Source: a virus
Direction: 5' to 3' (one strand)
Length of the DNA stretch: 64,000 nucleotides
IMG/VR virus record: IMGVR_UViG_3300021185_003351
Coordinates: 1 to 64,000 of that record
The notes under the pieces are model-generated. The model was given only the letters and a program-made list of their open reading frames with translations. It was not told the origin of the DNA and ran no database searches. A program made the position numbers and the translations under genes. Below are positions 36,801 to 45,820 of this stretch, one piece after another (the stretch's first letter is position 1; the number at the start of each line of letters is the position of its first letter).

Positions 36801-39669
36801 TTCAAATGAAGATGAAGTATTTGGTAGAATATATGTTCAACGAGGATACGGAAGTGGCTCAGAAGGAAGTTTTGTTGGAGATTTAGCATCTACGTCTCAA
36901 TCATATGAAGAAGGACAAGTTATAGTAAGTACTGGTAAAATTGGAACTGGTTATATTAAAATGAATGCAAATCCCAATGATCAAGCAACTCCATTTATTG
37001 ACATAGTAGAAAGAACGGGTAGTGGGTTATATGACGTTTCACTAAAAGCTAGAATGGGTGACTTATCGGGGCTTGCAAATTCGTCTTATGTATTCGGGAA
37101 TTCAACACCAGGTTATGGCTTAGCAACTGATAATGTGTTCTTACAAGGCGGTATTATAGCAAATACAGGGTCTATTGGCGGAATACATATGCAAAACAAT
37201 AAATTATTTATTGGAGTAGGTAGTCATGCAAATTCTAATACTGGATTTTATGTTGATTCTGGATCTAATTTTTCATTAGGTGATAAATTAACATGGGATG
37301 GATCAGCATTAACCGTTAGAGGACAGTTAAGACTAGAATCAGGTGAAAATGTACAAGATGCAATAAATGAAGCTACAGCATCAAATACAGCAAAATCATT
37401 GATATTAACGTCTGATTCACAAGTAATGGCATTTGATAGTGCATCAGACAACACAGCTACCCCATCAAATATTATATTTAGTATATCACAACAAAACTTA
37501 ACTGCAAGTATATCTGCTAGTAATGTTACTATAACAACAGCTCAATCTACCAATGTAACTGGATTTAATTTTGATACTGGTAGTATAACAGTAAATTCAG
37601 CCGGATTATATAGTGGAATTGTATCTGGAAGTATAACATTTGCAGGAGCATTATCTGCAGGAGGATTGGAAACTGATAAAGATAATTTTCCAGTATCTAT
37701 TACAGTTAATGGAGATTCATTAATAGATACAACATCATTATTTAAAGTGCAAGGTGGAGCAACTGGATCAGACGGTACTCCAGGTACAGATGGTACAGAC
37801 GCAGTTACTGCATTTCTAACAAATGAATCTCACACGTTTACAGCTAATGCCGCAGGTACAATTTCTTCATTTGTAGGTGGTGATACCGATATGGAAATAT
37901 TCGAAGGAGTTACAAATCGAACTGCAAATTATTCATATGGAAGAGTTAATGGAGTTGGAGTATCATCAAATATTGTTAATAATACAGTTACTGTAACAGG
38001 GTTAACTGGAGATACTGGATCAATAGCTATAACAGCAACATCTGCAAGTACATCGTTAACTAAAACAATGTCATTAGCAAAATCTAAACAAGGTACTACC
38101 GGAACAGCAGGAGCAACAGGCGCAACTGGTCCTAATTTTGATTTCTTAACAGGATCAATATCTGAAGTTGATACTACCGGCGGATTAAATGCTGGATTAT
38201 TAATGACATCCAATGTATTAGGATTTCATGGCAATATTGCCGCCGGTGATGGAACTAATGCAACTATTAATGATTTCATTACATTTTTAGATTCATCCGG
38301 AAACTTTTTTATAGGTTCTGCATCAGCTGGACATTTTGCATATTCTCAAACAACAGGTCAATTATTAGTATCAGGATCTAAAGTAGATATACAAACTCCT
38401 AAATTCTTTTTAGGATCGACTGATAATCAATTTGTTTCTGGAGCAAATGGAAACATAGAAATATCATCATCTAAATTTCATGTTAAACCAGATGGAGATG
38501 TAATAGTTAGAAAAATATCTGCAGAAGAAGGAACAGTTGGAGGATTTTCTATAACAGCAGATAAAATAAGCGGAGGATTTACGCCAGCGTCTTCATCAAT
38601 ACTTAATACAGTAGTATCTGCTTCATTACAATTGGATGGAGAACTAGAAACATCAACAGTAACAGTTGATTCATTTACTACTAATGCAGCAGGCGGAGCT
38701 GCATTTTGGGAAGCATATAGACAATCTGGTAATTTTGTAGGTATAAAATCTAACAATGGAACTGCTTATTATAATATTTCAAACCAAAGTAGAAATACTT
38801 TTACACCACAAAGCTCTATTAATGCAGGAAGTATTTCTATAGGAGCATCAAATTTTATAGAAACTGGATTTACAAATCAACCACATACTTTAGTCACCAA
38901 TCTTGGATCGGTATTAACAGCTGTTTCATCATCAACACAAACTTTTCCAGAAGTCCCAGATTCATTAATATTAAAAGATTCAGGACAAATAACAGGATCT
39001 AATGTATTATTTGACGGAGGCGAAATTGGAGGATTTTCTATAGGAACAAATTCTCTTACAACCACCGGAGTTGAAATTAATGATTCGACTCAAACATTAT
39101 TTATAAGTTCTAGCGGGTTTAAAGTTTCACATCCAGGCGCAGTTACTGCAACAAGTCTTGTAGTAGAAAATTCAACAGGTACTTTATTAAGTACTTTTAC
39201 TGGATTTTCAGATGGTAAGAACATTGCACGTAATCTTCCAATACAAAATACATCTGATGAGCCATTTGTTATATTTTTAGCTGGCGAACAAAAACTAGTA
39301 GTAATGGCAATGTCATCACAAAATAACAACTACTCAAGTACTTTATCTGGTACCTTAGGTATTGAATTTGAAAGATTTTTACCAGATTCATCTCCTGCAC
39401 CAGACGCTACTGAAGTTGGTAACTGGTCATTTACAAATCCAGAAGATCCTGGAGGCGGCGGATTCTTTACAAGACGTCAATTGATACGACATGTTGTTGA
39501 TTTAACGCGTGTAGGTAGTAGCAATATAGATTTAACAAATGCAGCTGCCTTTATAAAAGTAATTGGTACAAATATAGTATCTAGTCAAACACAAGTAACA
39601 GTACATAGAAATGTAGGTGCTACTGGAGTTGAAGGAAATAAAAATGGTGGAGTAATTGATACCACATAA
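33820..39669 (+). CDS. Giant tail/fibre-like structural protein, 1949 aa
   Basis: G/S/T-rich beta repeats, short collagen-like GxxGxx stretches, AEFENVRIRG motif; late motif at 33795-33802. Confidence 0.65.
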   Translation: MKKVTTIVRNLDQLSTYITDQSSLSSNIFNITEFPLEFTIGKNLIKLKGNTNIFEIGTELAIEILDSNRNPIYHEIIDYIESDTSRVLAVYIYDTTPAGNCTVTIAAVLNQLYTGEQIPPVWRNKLNVKWTKNVSVNNKATNTSEIIFEDTKLPIVEVSEQIGVRLDRIYENNEQFPTYTTGLLEFETRNNSVLAKITGGEFDPKFSGGTLTVTNPVNALPIPLLTTSSAKPYTSKIKKILNKDFIELDDRYVFTYSQSLTQHEFIKFDASPFSLSYEAVPTYIPTQHSESFALTQIKNLNPGTGDVSRIKLYINSAGTIGTYELINDISLEPTEIFVDATGSIFPDVSIGYFTSQSIIDSYWEVNQYNGKNTVTKPTLTFSTSSLNNALIVTPSVLYSGDQNAIVLQTTSSLPGVFVKDSEYKIIFDAIGIKNSLSNLENPKICIYLSGSAFDYDNTNLQNDYYPILLGKKIGEYETPNNNQRLDNLQFNFTADKTGNGSLLILIESGEWQFSDIRTSTSAEKGFTENYTRFRTDIPVKHKSDNEIKFKIEYYNAAGVKSDHETIVTNQVFQGGNRYIDGGFSMLTGSLTVADTLNSGVEIVGLQNTGYIRSLGYDGFNQAMTGRGGFLLFSGSALPNQFATSYQGVGLEMVADSNNFFKFRTDPSGLEIQTEKFFLGNPATQFISGSNGQLEISSSGYHIRPSGDITASNFLMEGGVITNNVTILGSLSANSILTPALINGNPATPANASSSISDQGLAIFRSASIAGFEISPAEIKSPGNALRLKSEGQITASSGFLFGSKAASNFIQFAGSTLTVRGDLSVDQIFTPALIGGNPSNETNASSSIKSDGFAKFVSASIGGWGITTSSIEGGNLIMKPEGILQTRDFASGLKGWKISSEGNGTAEFENVRIRGTLRTTTFEKESVNAIGGQVWIANSTTITGSQVPATSTTMSVKNASGFITGEILLAKKVDNTGFQTEYLFVESASLDGDNSNEDEVFGRIYVQRGYGSGSEGSFVGDLASTSQSYEEGQVIVSTGKIGTGYIKMNANPNDQATPFIDIVERTGSGLYDVSLKARMGDLSGLANSSYVFGNSTPGYGLATDNVFLQGGIIANTGSIGGIHMQNNKLFIGVGSHANSNTGFYVDSGSNFSLGDKLTWDGSALTVRGQLRLESGENVQDAINEATASNTAKSLILTSDSQVMAFDSASDNTATPSNIIFSISQQNLTASISASNVTITTAQSTNVTGFNFDTGSITVNSAGLYSGIVSGSITFAGALSAGGLETDKDNFPVSITVNGDSLIDTTSLFKVQGGATGSDGTPGTDGTDAVTAFLTNESHTFTANAAGTISSFVGGDTDMEIFEGVTNRTANYSYGRVNGVGVSSNIVNNTVTVTGLTGDTGSIAITATSASTSLTKTMSLAKSKQGTTGTAGATGATGPNFDFLTGSISEVDTTGGLNAGLLMTSNVLGFHGNIAAGDGTNATINDFITFLDSSGNFFIGSASAGHFAYSQTTGQLLVSGSKVDIQTPKFFLGSTDNQFVSGANGNIEISSSKFHVKPDGDVIVRKISAEEGTVGGFSITADKISGGFTPASSSILNTVVSASLQLDGELETSTVTVDSFTTNAAGGAAFWEAYRQSGNFVGIKSNNGTAYYNISNQSRNTFTPQSSINAGSISIGASNFIETGFTNQPHTLVTNLGSVLTAVSSSTQTFPEVPDSLILKDSGQITGSNVLFDGGEIGGFSIGTNSLTTTGVEINDSTQTLFISSSGFKVSHPGAVTATSLVVENSTGTLLSTFTGFSDGKNIARNLPIQNTSDEPFVIFLAGEQKLVVMAMSSQNNNYSSTLSGTLGIEFERFLPDSSPAPDATEVGNWSFTNPEDPGGGGFFTRRQLIRHVVDLTRVGSSNIDLTNAAAFIKVIGTNIVSSQTQVTVHRNVGATGVEGNKNGGVIDTT

Positions 39670-39710
39670 TTTAAAACAGTGTATTAATAACTAAGTAATA
39701 TTTATATAAA

Positions 39711-41984
39711 ATGAATAATGTAACAGTATTATTTCCCGGTGGCTTCAAGCCAATAACAGGAGCACATATGGCTCTTGCTCAAAGATACGCTCAAAATTCT
39801 AGTGTCAACAAAGTTATCATGTTAATAGGTCCAAAAGAGCGAGAAGGTATAACAAGAGATACAAGTATTAAAATGTTTAATTTGTTAAACAGAAATAATA
39901 ACATCGAAATACAATCTACAGATTTTAATTCGCCTATTATGGCCGCATATGAATATCTATTTTCATTACCAGAAGACGCACAAGGTCAATTTGCATTAGC
40001 TGCATCAGAAAAAGATGAAGATTATGTTCGAGTAAAGACATTTCTGCCAAATGTAGATAAATATAAATTAACTGGTGATAGAAAAGGAAGAAAAATACCA
40101 GCTGGCATCGATGCAGTTGAATTAACAGTTTCTGCAGATCCTTTAAAATATGATGATGGTAATGCAATATCAGCTTCAGCCGTAAGAGCAGCTTTAAATG
40201 CAGACGAATATAGTAAATTTAAAGCAAGTTATCCTGGATATGATGAATCTATAATAAAAAACTTATGGCAAATGCTTGGCGGAGCTCCAACATATGGTGA
40301 TGTAATGGGATCTGAAATTCAAAAAAGTATTAAAGATATTGAAGATGGCGATGTAATATTATTAGACAATGGTAAAAAGTTTAAGGTAGATTATATAGAT
40401 CCTTGGAGTGCTGGAGGAAGAATACTTAACGGTACAGATCTCGAAACAAGCAAAAAAGGAAAGTTAAAAATTAAGTTTTTAACACCTATAGGGAATACGG
40501 GCTTGGCAGATGATACCATGTTAACAGTATTAAAAGAATCATTAAATATGAAAGAATGGTTTTTACAAAAATTTCAAAATGATGCAAATGAAATAGCAGA
40601 ACAAATGGGCGTTGGATATATGACTCCTAAAGGAGCTGTAGCACATCAAAAGAAAATTAAAAAACTTAGAAAATTTCTTGATAAGAAAAATGATCGTGGA
40701 TTTACATATGATTTTGATAAATATCCAAAAACTGTATTTGGAACAAAATATTTAAATGAAGGTGGATTAGCTGGACATATGTCACATCCATTTGATAAAA
40801 ATAGATCACAATCATTAACATTTGCAGATTTCAAAGAAATGATTCAGCGTGGGTTACAAGGTAGATTAGATATAGAATCAGCTGTTACTGAAAAAACAGA
40901 CGGTCAAAATATATTTGTTACATATAAAGACGGAGCAGTTAAATTTGCTAGAAATAAAACAGAACGTGTTAATCCATTATCAGTTGAAGGATTACAAGCA
41001 AAGTTTGCTGGAAGAGGTCCTATATCAGATGCATTTGGAGAAGCTGGTAATGATTTAGAAGCTGCATTTTCAAAAGTAGGAAAAGGCAAATTAGAAAGTA
41101 TTTTTCAAAACGGAAAAGTATTTGCTAATATGGAAATTATTTATCCAGAAACAAAAAATGTTATAGCATATGAAATAGCAGTTCTTCAATTTCATAACTT
41201 AGTTGAGTATGATGAAAATGGAAATGTTGTTCAAACTGATATGACTGGAGGAGCAGTAATACAACGAGCTATACAAGATGCAAATGCTCATATGCAAAAA
41301 ACATTTAACTTAATACCACCACAAAAAATTAAAGTAGGAAGAGTTGAAAATTTTCAAGATTATGAAGATGCATTATTTACAGAATTAAATCAATTACGTG
41401 ACAAATATCAATTACAAGACACTAGTTATTTATCAGATTATCATAAGGCCTGGTGGAAAGATGTTATAAAAGAAAAAGCAAACGAAATGAATTATGATAT
41501 ATCTGATGATTTAATAGAACAATTAACTAATAGATGGTCATTTAATGATAAATCAAATTCAATTGTGAAAATTAAAAAAATGATTGATAATCCAGAATTC
41601 TTAGAATGGGTCTCTATATTCGATAAAAAAGATTTCAAACAATATCAAAAAGATAATCTGCAACCATTTGAATCTATATTTTTAAAACTAGGAGCAGAAA
41701 TAATGAAAAATGCATCTAATTTTTTAGCAGCAAATCCAAATAAAGCTGTACAATCAATAAGATCAGAAATTGCTGGAATAATACGTACTCTTAGATCCAC
41801 AAATGATATTGCAAAAATGGATCTATTAAGAAAACAATTAGAACGAATTAAAAGACTAGGCGGATTCGAAAAAATAGTTCCAGTAGAAGGAATTGTATTC
41901 ACCTATGGCGGTAATACATATAAACTAACTGGAGCTTTTGCCCCGATAAATCAAATATTAGGAACATTAAAGTATTCTAGATAA
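39711..41984 (+). CDS. HIGH-type nucleotidyltransferase fused to an ATP-dependent ligase-fold domain
   Basis: FPGGFKPITGAH and ISASAVR; EKTDG, NMEII, EGIVF, YKLTG ligase-type motifs. Confidence 0.65.
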   Translation: MNNVTVLFPGGFKPITGAHMALAQRYAQNSSVNKVIMLIGPKEREGITRDTSIKMFNLLNRNNNIEIQSTDFNSPIMAAYEYLFSLPEDAQGQFALAASEKDEDYVRVKTFLPNVDKYKLTGDRKGRKIPAGIDAVELTVSADPLKYDDGNAISASAVRAALNADEYSKFKASYPGYDESIIKNLWQMLGGAPTYGDVMGSEIQKSIKDIEDGDVILLDNGKKFKVDYIDPWSAGGRILNGTDLETSKKGKLKIKFLTPIGNTGLADDTMLTVLKESLNMKEWFLQKFQNDANEIAEQMGVGYMTPKGAVAHQKKIKKLRKFLDKKNDRGFTYDFDKYPKTVFGTKYLNEGGLAGHMSHPFDKNRSQSLTFADFKEMIQRGLQGRLDIESAVTEKTDGQNIFVTYKDGAVKFARNKTERVNPLSVEGLQAKFAGRGPISDAFGEAGNDLEAAFSKVGKGKLESIFQNGKVFANMEIIYPETKNVIAYEIAVLQFHNLVEYDENGNVVQTDMTGGAVIQRAIQDANAHMQKTFNLIPPQKIKVGRVENFQDYEDALFTELNQLRDKYQLQDTSYLSDYHKAWWKDVIKEKANEMNYDISDDLIEQLTNRWSFNDKSNSIVKIKKMIDNPEFLEWVSIFDKKDFKQYQKDNLQPFESIFLKLGAEIMKNASNFLAANPNKAVQSIRSEIAGIIRTLRSTNDIAKMDLLRKQLERIKRLGGFEKIVPVEGIVFTYGGNTYKLTGAFAPINQILGTLKYSR

Positions 41985-42017
41985 TATTTATATAAAATAA
42001 TATAACAGGACGTTAAC

Positions 42018-42857
42018 ATGGCTAAATATAAACAACCAAAAAATGATAAGTATAAATCAAGAAAAGATTTAAAAGATTACACTATTGACAAAGAAGTCAA
42101 AGGAATGGTACCAAATGCATCTGGAGAGCCAATGCCTGAAGTTCCTAGAAAAGACGATAAAGAAGTTATTGATGATGTTGAGAATATGGTACCAAAAATA
42201 AAAGATTCTGACAGAATATATGTTACTAAAGAATTAGAGGATGGCGATCCTAAAATGCCATCTAATGCATTAAAAACATTGGTAAAGAATCAAGAAGAAG
42301 ATGCAAAAGAATTAATTGATACATTATCAAAAAAAGATGGCGGATATATGACACAAATAGAAAAACTAACTAAAGAACAAAAAGAAAAACTAGTTAAAGA
42401 AATTGTAAAAATAAAAGTAACTAAATTTTTATCTGAACAAGCATTAAATACTCTTAAAACAGAACAAGATACAGAAGAGCCAGAAACAACACCAGAAGAG
42501 CCAGTAGCTGATACTCCAGAACCAACTCCTGCTCCATCTGCCCCAGCAGAACCTGCAGATGCCCCTGCACCAGAGCCTGAAGTAGCACCAGAGCCAGAAG
42601 CTCCAGTAGAAGAGCCAGAAGCAGAAGCTCCAGTAGAAGAGCCAGAAGCAGAAGCATCTGGAGATGTAAGAATTGAAAAATTTATTGAAGCATTAAAATT
42701 AAAACCAAGCACATTATTACAAGTACAAACGATGATGAAATCTATACAATTATTATTAAAAGAAAAAGATCCAAAACAACAAATACAATTTTTAGCTTTT
42801 ATGAAAAAATTAATTGACAGATCATTACAAAAACAAGATCCTAATGATTTAGGATAA
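42018..42857 (+). CDS. Acidic Pro/Glu-rich protein (putative head-associated)
   Basis: PE/PA linker, L-x-E sites; late motif at 41984-41991. Confidence 0.65.
   Translation: MAKYKQPKNDKYKSRKDLKDYTIDKEVKGMVPNASGEPMPEVPRKDDKEVIDDVENMVPKIKDSDRIYVTKELEDGDPKMPSNALKTLVKNQEEDAKELIDTLSKKDGGYMTQIEKLTKEQKEKLVKEIVKIKVTKFLSEQALNTLKTEQDTEEPETTPEEPVADTPEPTPAPSAPAEPADAPAPEPEVAPEPEAPVEEPEAEAPVEEPEAEASGDVRIEKFIEALKLKPSTLLQVQTMMKSIQLLLKEKDPKQQIQFLAFMKKLIDRSLQKQDPNDLG
42597..42650 (+). repeat. 27-bp perfect tandem repeat x2 (EAPVEEPEA)
   Basis: gaagctccagtagaagagccagaagca occurs twice in tandem. Confidence 0.9.
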
Positions 42858-42879
42858 ATTAAATTTACAATAAATTTTT

Positions 42880-43515
42880 ATGGCAAATAAGTTACAAAAT
42901 ATAAAAGCTATCCAAAAAATGCTGGATGGAACTCACGCATTTCAAACAAGAAAAACTCATGGATTTACTGACGCAAAACAAAAAGCAGAAAAAAATAAAC
43001 GTAGAGAGATTGGTGAGATATGGGAAGAAAAAATAGGCAATACTATTTATCAAATTGAACAACAAGATGGATTTCGAGTTAAAAAACCAAAAAATTCAAT
43101 TGCAGAAGAAGTTCGAACATATTTAAATTCATATCCAAATTGTAAAAAAGATTGTTGCAAAATAAAAAAAGGACCAGTTGATGAAAAGATGCGGGTAATA
43201 CATGGAATGTGTCTTGATTGTGTTGTTGATATGGAACATGAATTAAAGAAACAAGGCAAATATGAAGAATATGAGCAAAAGAAAATTCGTGAAAATGCAG
43301 AAGCTTGGTTAAAGCGAGCAGAACAAGATGTTGATATGCTTAAAGAAGTATACACACAAGCTTCTAGTACAGTTATGAATGCAGACGGAATGGTAGAACA
43401 TTGGTCAGCAAAAATGACTCCAGACGAATTTGAAAAAACAATACAAACACAATTTGATAATTTTAAAGTAAAATTTTTAAAAAATTTAGAAACAAAAAAG
43501 GAAAATAATGATTAA
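42880..43515 (+). CDS. Hypothetical protein with Cys cluster
   Basis: PNCKKDCC...GMCLDC. Confidence 0.65.
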   Translation: MANKLQNIKAIQKMLDGTHAFQTRKTHGFTDAKQKAEKNKRREIGEIWEEKIGNTIYQIEQQDGFRVKKPKNSIAEEVRTYLNSYPNCKKDCCKIKKGPVDEKMRVIHGMCLDCVVDMEHELKKQGKYEEYEQKKIRENAEAWLKRAEQDVDMLKEVYTQASSTVMNADGMVEHWSAKMTPDEFEKTIQTQFDNFKVKFLKNLETKKENND

Positions 43516-43828
43516 AAAAACATGGAAACTTATAGCAGGTATAGTTGTTGGAATATTTGGACTGATTTTTATATTTGGAAAAAAATCTAACAATAAAAAA
43601 GCAGCTGAAGCTAAGAAAAAAATTGATAATAATAACACTAATATTAATAAATTAGATGGCAGTATCGAAGAAGTAAAAAAACAAAAAGTAGTTGCAAAGA
43701 AAAAAGTATCAACGACAAAAAAACAACTAGCTTCTACTAAAGCAAAAAAGGCAGCGCCTAAAAAGACAGCTCCAAAAAAATCAGTTAAAAGTGCAAAAGC
43801 AAATATTAAAAAGAAAATTAGGAAATGA
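43508..43828 (+). CDS. Membrane-anchored Lys-rich coiled-coil protein (possible i-spanin)
   Basis: N-terminal TM helix followed by a basic coiled coil. Confidence 0.4.
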   Translation: MIKKTWKLIAGIVVGIFGLIFIFGKKSNNKKAAEAKKKIDNNNTNINKLDGSIEEVKKQKVVAKKKVSTTKKQLASTKAKKAAPKKTAPKKSVKSAKANIKKKIRK

Positions 43829-44205
43829 AACATATTTTTATTATAATATTATTATGGCCATTAATTAATTTTAGCCAAATGCCAGATACTTGTTTTACAG
43901 AAAATGAAATTATAGAAATTTCAGAAACATTGGATTCATTATATTATTTAGATTCAATTAACAATGAAATTATTTCACAACAAGAAATATTGATATCTGA
44001 ATTAGAAACAGTATTAAAATTAGATTCAGTTGAATTAATGTATATAAGTAAAAAAAATAATTTATTAAATGATAATATTGAATTATATATACAACGTGAA
44101 AAATATTTGAAACCAAAATGGTATGATAATAAAGTTATATGGTTTGCATCAGGAATTCTAACAGCAGTTGCAACAGGAAAGATGGTTGTCGAAGTAGTAC
44201 AATAA
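43825..44205 (+). CDS. Signal-peptide protein with C-terminal hydrophobic segment (possible lysis accessory)
   Basis: MKHIFIIILLWPLINFSQ; acidic coiled coil; KWY...WFASGILTAVATG. Confidence 0.4.
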   Translation: MKHIFIIILLWPLINFSQMPDTCFTENEIIEISETLDSLYYLDSINNEIISQQEILISELETVLKLDSVELMYISKKNNLLNDNIELYIQREKYLKPKWYDNKVIWFASGILTAVATGKMVVEVVQ

Positions 44206-45786
44206 GTGAGTAACAAGCAAAACATAAAAAAAATAATACAGGAGCAATATAAAAAATGTGCTCAAGATCCTGTTTATTTTATGCGTCAATATTGCTATAT
44301 TCAACATCCAATTAAAGGTAAAATAAAATTTAATTTATTTCCATTTCAAGAAGAATCATTAACTACATTACAAAAAAATCGATATAATGTAATTCTAAAA
44401 TCTAGACAATTAGGTATATCAACATTATCTGCAGGGTATGCATTGTGGTCAATGTTATTCAATGAAGATTTTAATGTATTAGTAATTGCAACAACTCAGG
44501 ACGTTGCAAAAAATTTAGTAAGTAAAGTTCAAATAATGAACGAAAACTTACCTAGTTGGTTAAAAACAAATATAGTTACTAATAATAAATTATCATTAAA
44601 ATTTGCAAATGGATCAGAAATTAAAGCAATATCAAGTTCTTCTACAGGTGCACGTTCTGAAGCATTATCATTATTAATAGTCGACGAAGCTGCATTTATT
44701 AGAAACATTGAAGAAATTTGGGTAGCATCTCAAGCAACATTATCTACTGGAGGTGGAGCTATTGTATTATCTACTCCTAATGGAATTGGTAATTGGTTTC
44801 ATCAAACATGGGCTGATGCTGAAACTGGAGTAAATGGCTTTGAAACAATTAAACTAGATTGGAAATTACATCCAGAACGAAATCAATCGTGGAGAGACGA
44901 ACAAACACAATTATTAGGAGAAAGAGGAGCAGCACAGGAATGTGATTGTGATTTTATATCTTCCGGTCATACCGTTGTAGATGGATTAATATTACAAAAA
45001 TATGAATCTAAATGCGAAGAGCCTGTAGAAAAAAGAGGATTTGATAACGGATATTGGATATGGGAATATCCAAATTATGAAAAAAATTATATTATTGTAG
45101 CTGATGTTGCTAGAGGTGATGGCGCAGATTGGTCGACATTTCATGTTATCGACGTAGAAACAATAAATCAAGTTGCAGAATATAAAGGTAAATTACCTCC
45201 AAAAGATTTTGGAAATATGTTAGTAACTATTGCAACTGAATGGAATAATGCGTTGTTAGCAATTGAAAATGCAAATATAGGATGGGCTGCAATACAACCA
45301 GCATTAGATAGAGGATACCAAAATTTATTTTATACATATAAAGATGATGGATATGTAGATTTAGAGGTTCAACTATTAAAAGGATATGATCAAAAAGATA
45401 AAACAAAAATGGTACCAGGTGTTTCAACTACTTCAAGAACCAGACCATTAATGATATCTGCATTAGAAATGTATATGAGAGAAGGCTCTCCTATAATACG
45501 TTCAAAAAGATTAATTCAAGAATTATTTGTATTTGTGTGGTTAAATGGTAAAGCACAAGCACAAGTTGGATATAATGACGATTTAGTAATGGCGTATGCT
45601 ATTGCGTTATGGTTACGAGATACTAGTTTAAAATTAAGACAACATGGAATTGAATTAAATAAAAGAGCATTATCACAATTTCAAAAATCAGATAATATAG
45701 TTTATACTAATAAAAATAAATCACAAAGTGAAGACTGGGATTGGAATAACGGTCGAGACAATGAAAATTTAACCTGGCTTCTGTAG
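44206..45786 (+). CDS. gp17: Terminase large subunit (GTG start)
   Basis: LKSRQLGIS Walker A region, LIVDEAAF Walker B, STPNG, ADVARG, NDDLVMA. Confidence 0.95.
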   Translation: MSNKQNIKKIIQEQYKKCAQDPVYFMRQYCYIQHPIKGKIKFNLFPFQEESLTTLQKNRYNVILKSRQLGISTLSAGYALWSMLFNEDFNVLVIATTQDVAKNLVSKVQIMNENLPSWLKTNIVTNNKLSLKFANGSEIKAISSSSTGARSEALSLLIVDEAAFIRNIEEIWVASQATLSTGGGAIVLSTPNGIGNWFHQTWADAETGVNGFETIKLDWKLHPERNQSWRDEQTQLLGERGAAQECDCDFISSGHTVVDGLILQKYESKCEEPVEKRGFDNGYWIWEYPNYEKNYIIVADVARGDGADWSTFHVIDVETINQVAEYKGKLPPKDFGNMLVTIATEWNNALLAIENANIGWAAIQPALDRGYQNLFYTYKDDGYVDLEVQLLKGYDQKDKTKMVPGVSTTSRTRPLMISALEMYMREGSPIIRSKRLIQELFVFVWLNGKAQAQVGYNDDLVMAYAIALWLRDTSLKLRQHGIELNKRALSQFQKSDNIVYTNKNKSQSEDWDWNNGRDNENLTWLL

Positions 45787-45820
45787 TTAGTTATATTTAT
45801 AATAAATTAAAGATAAAAAT

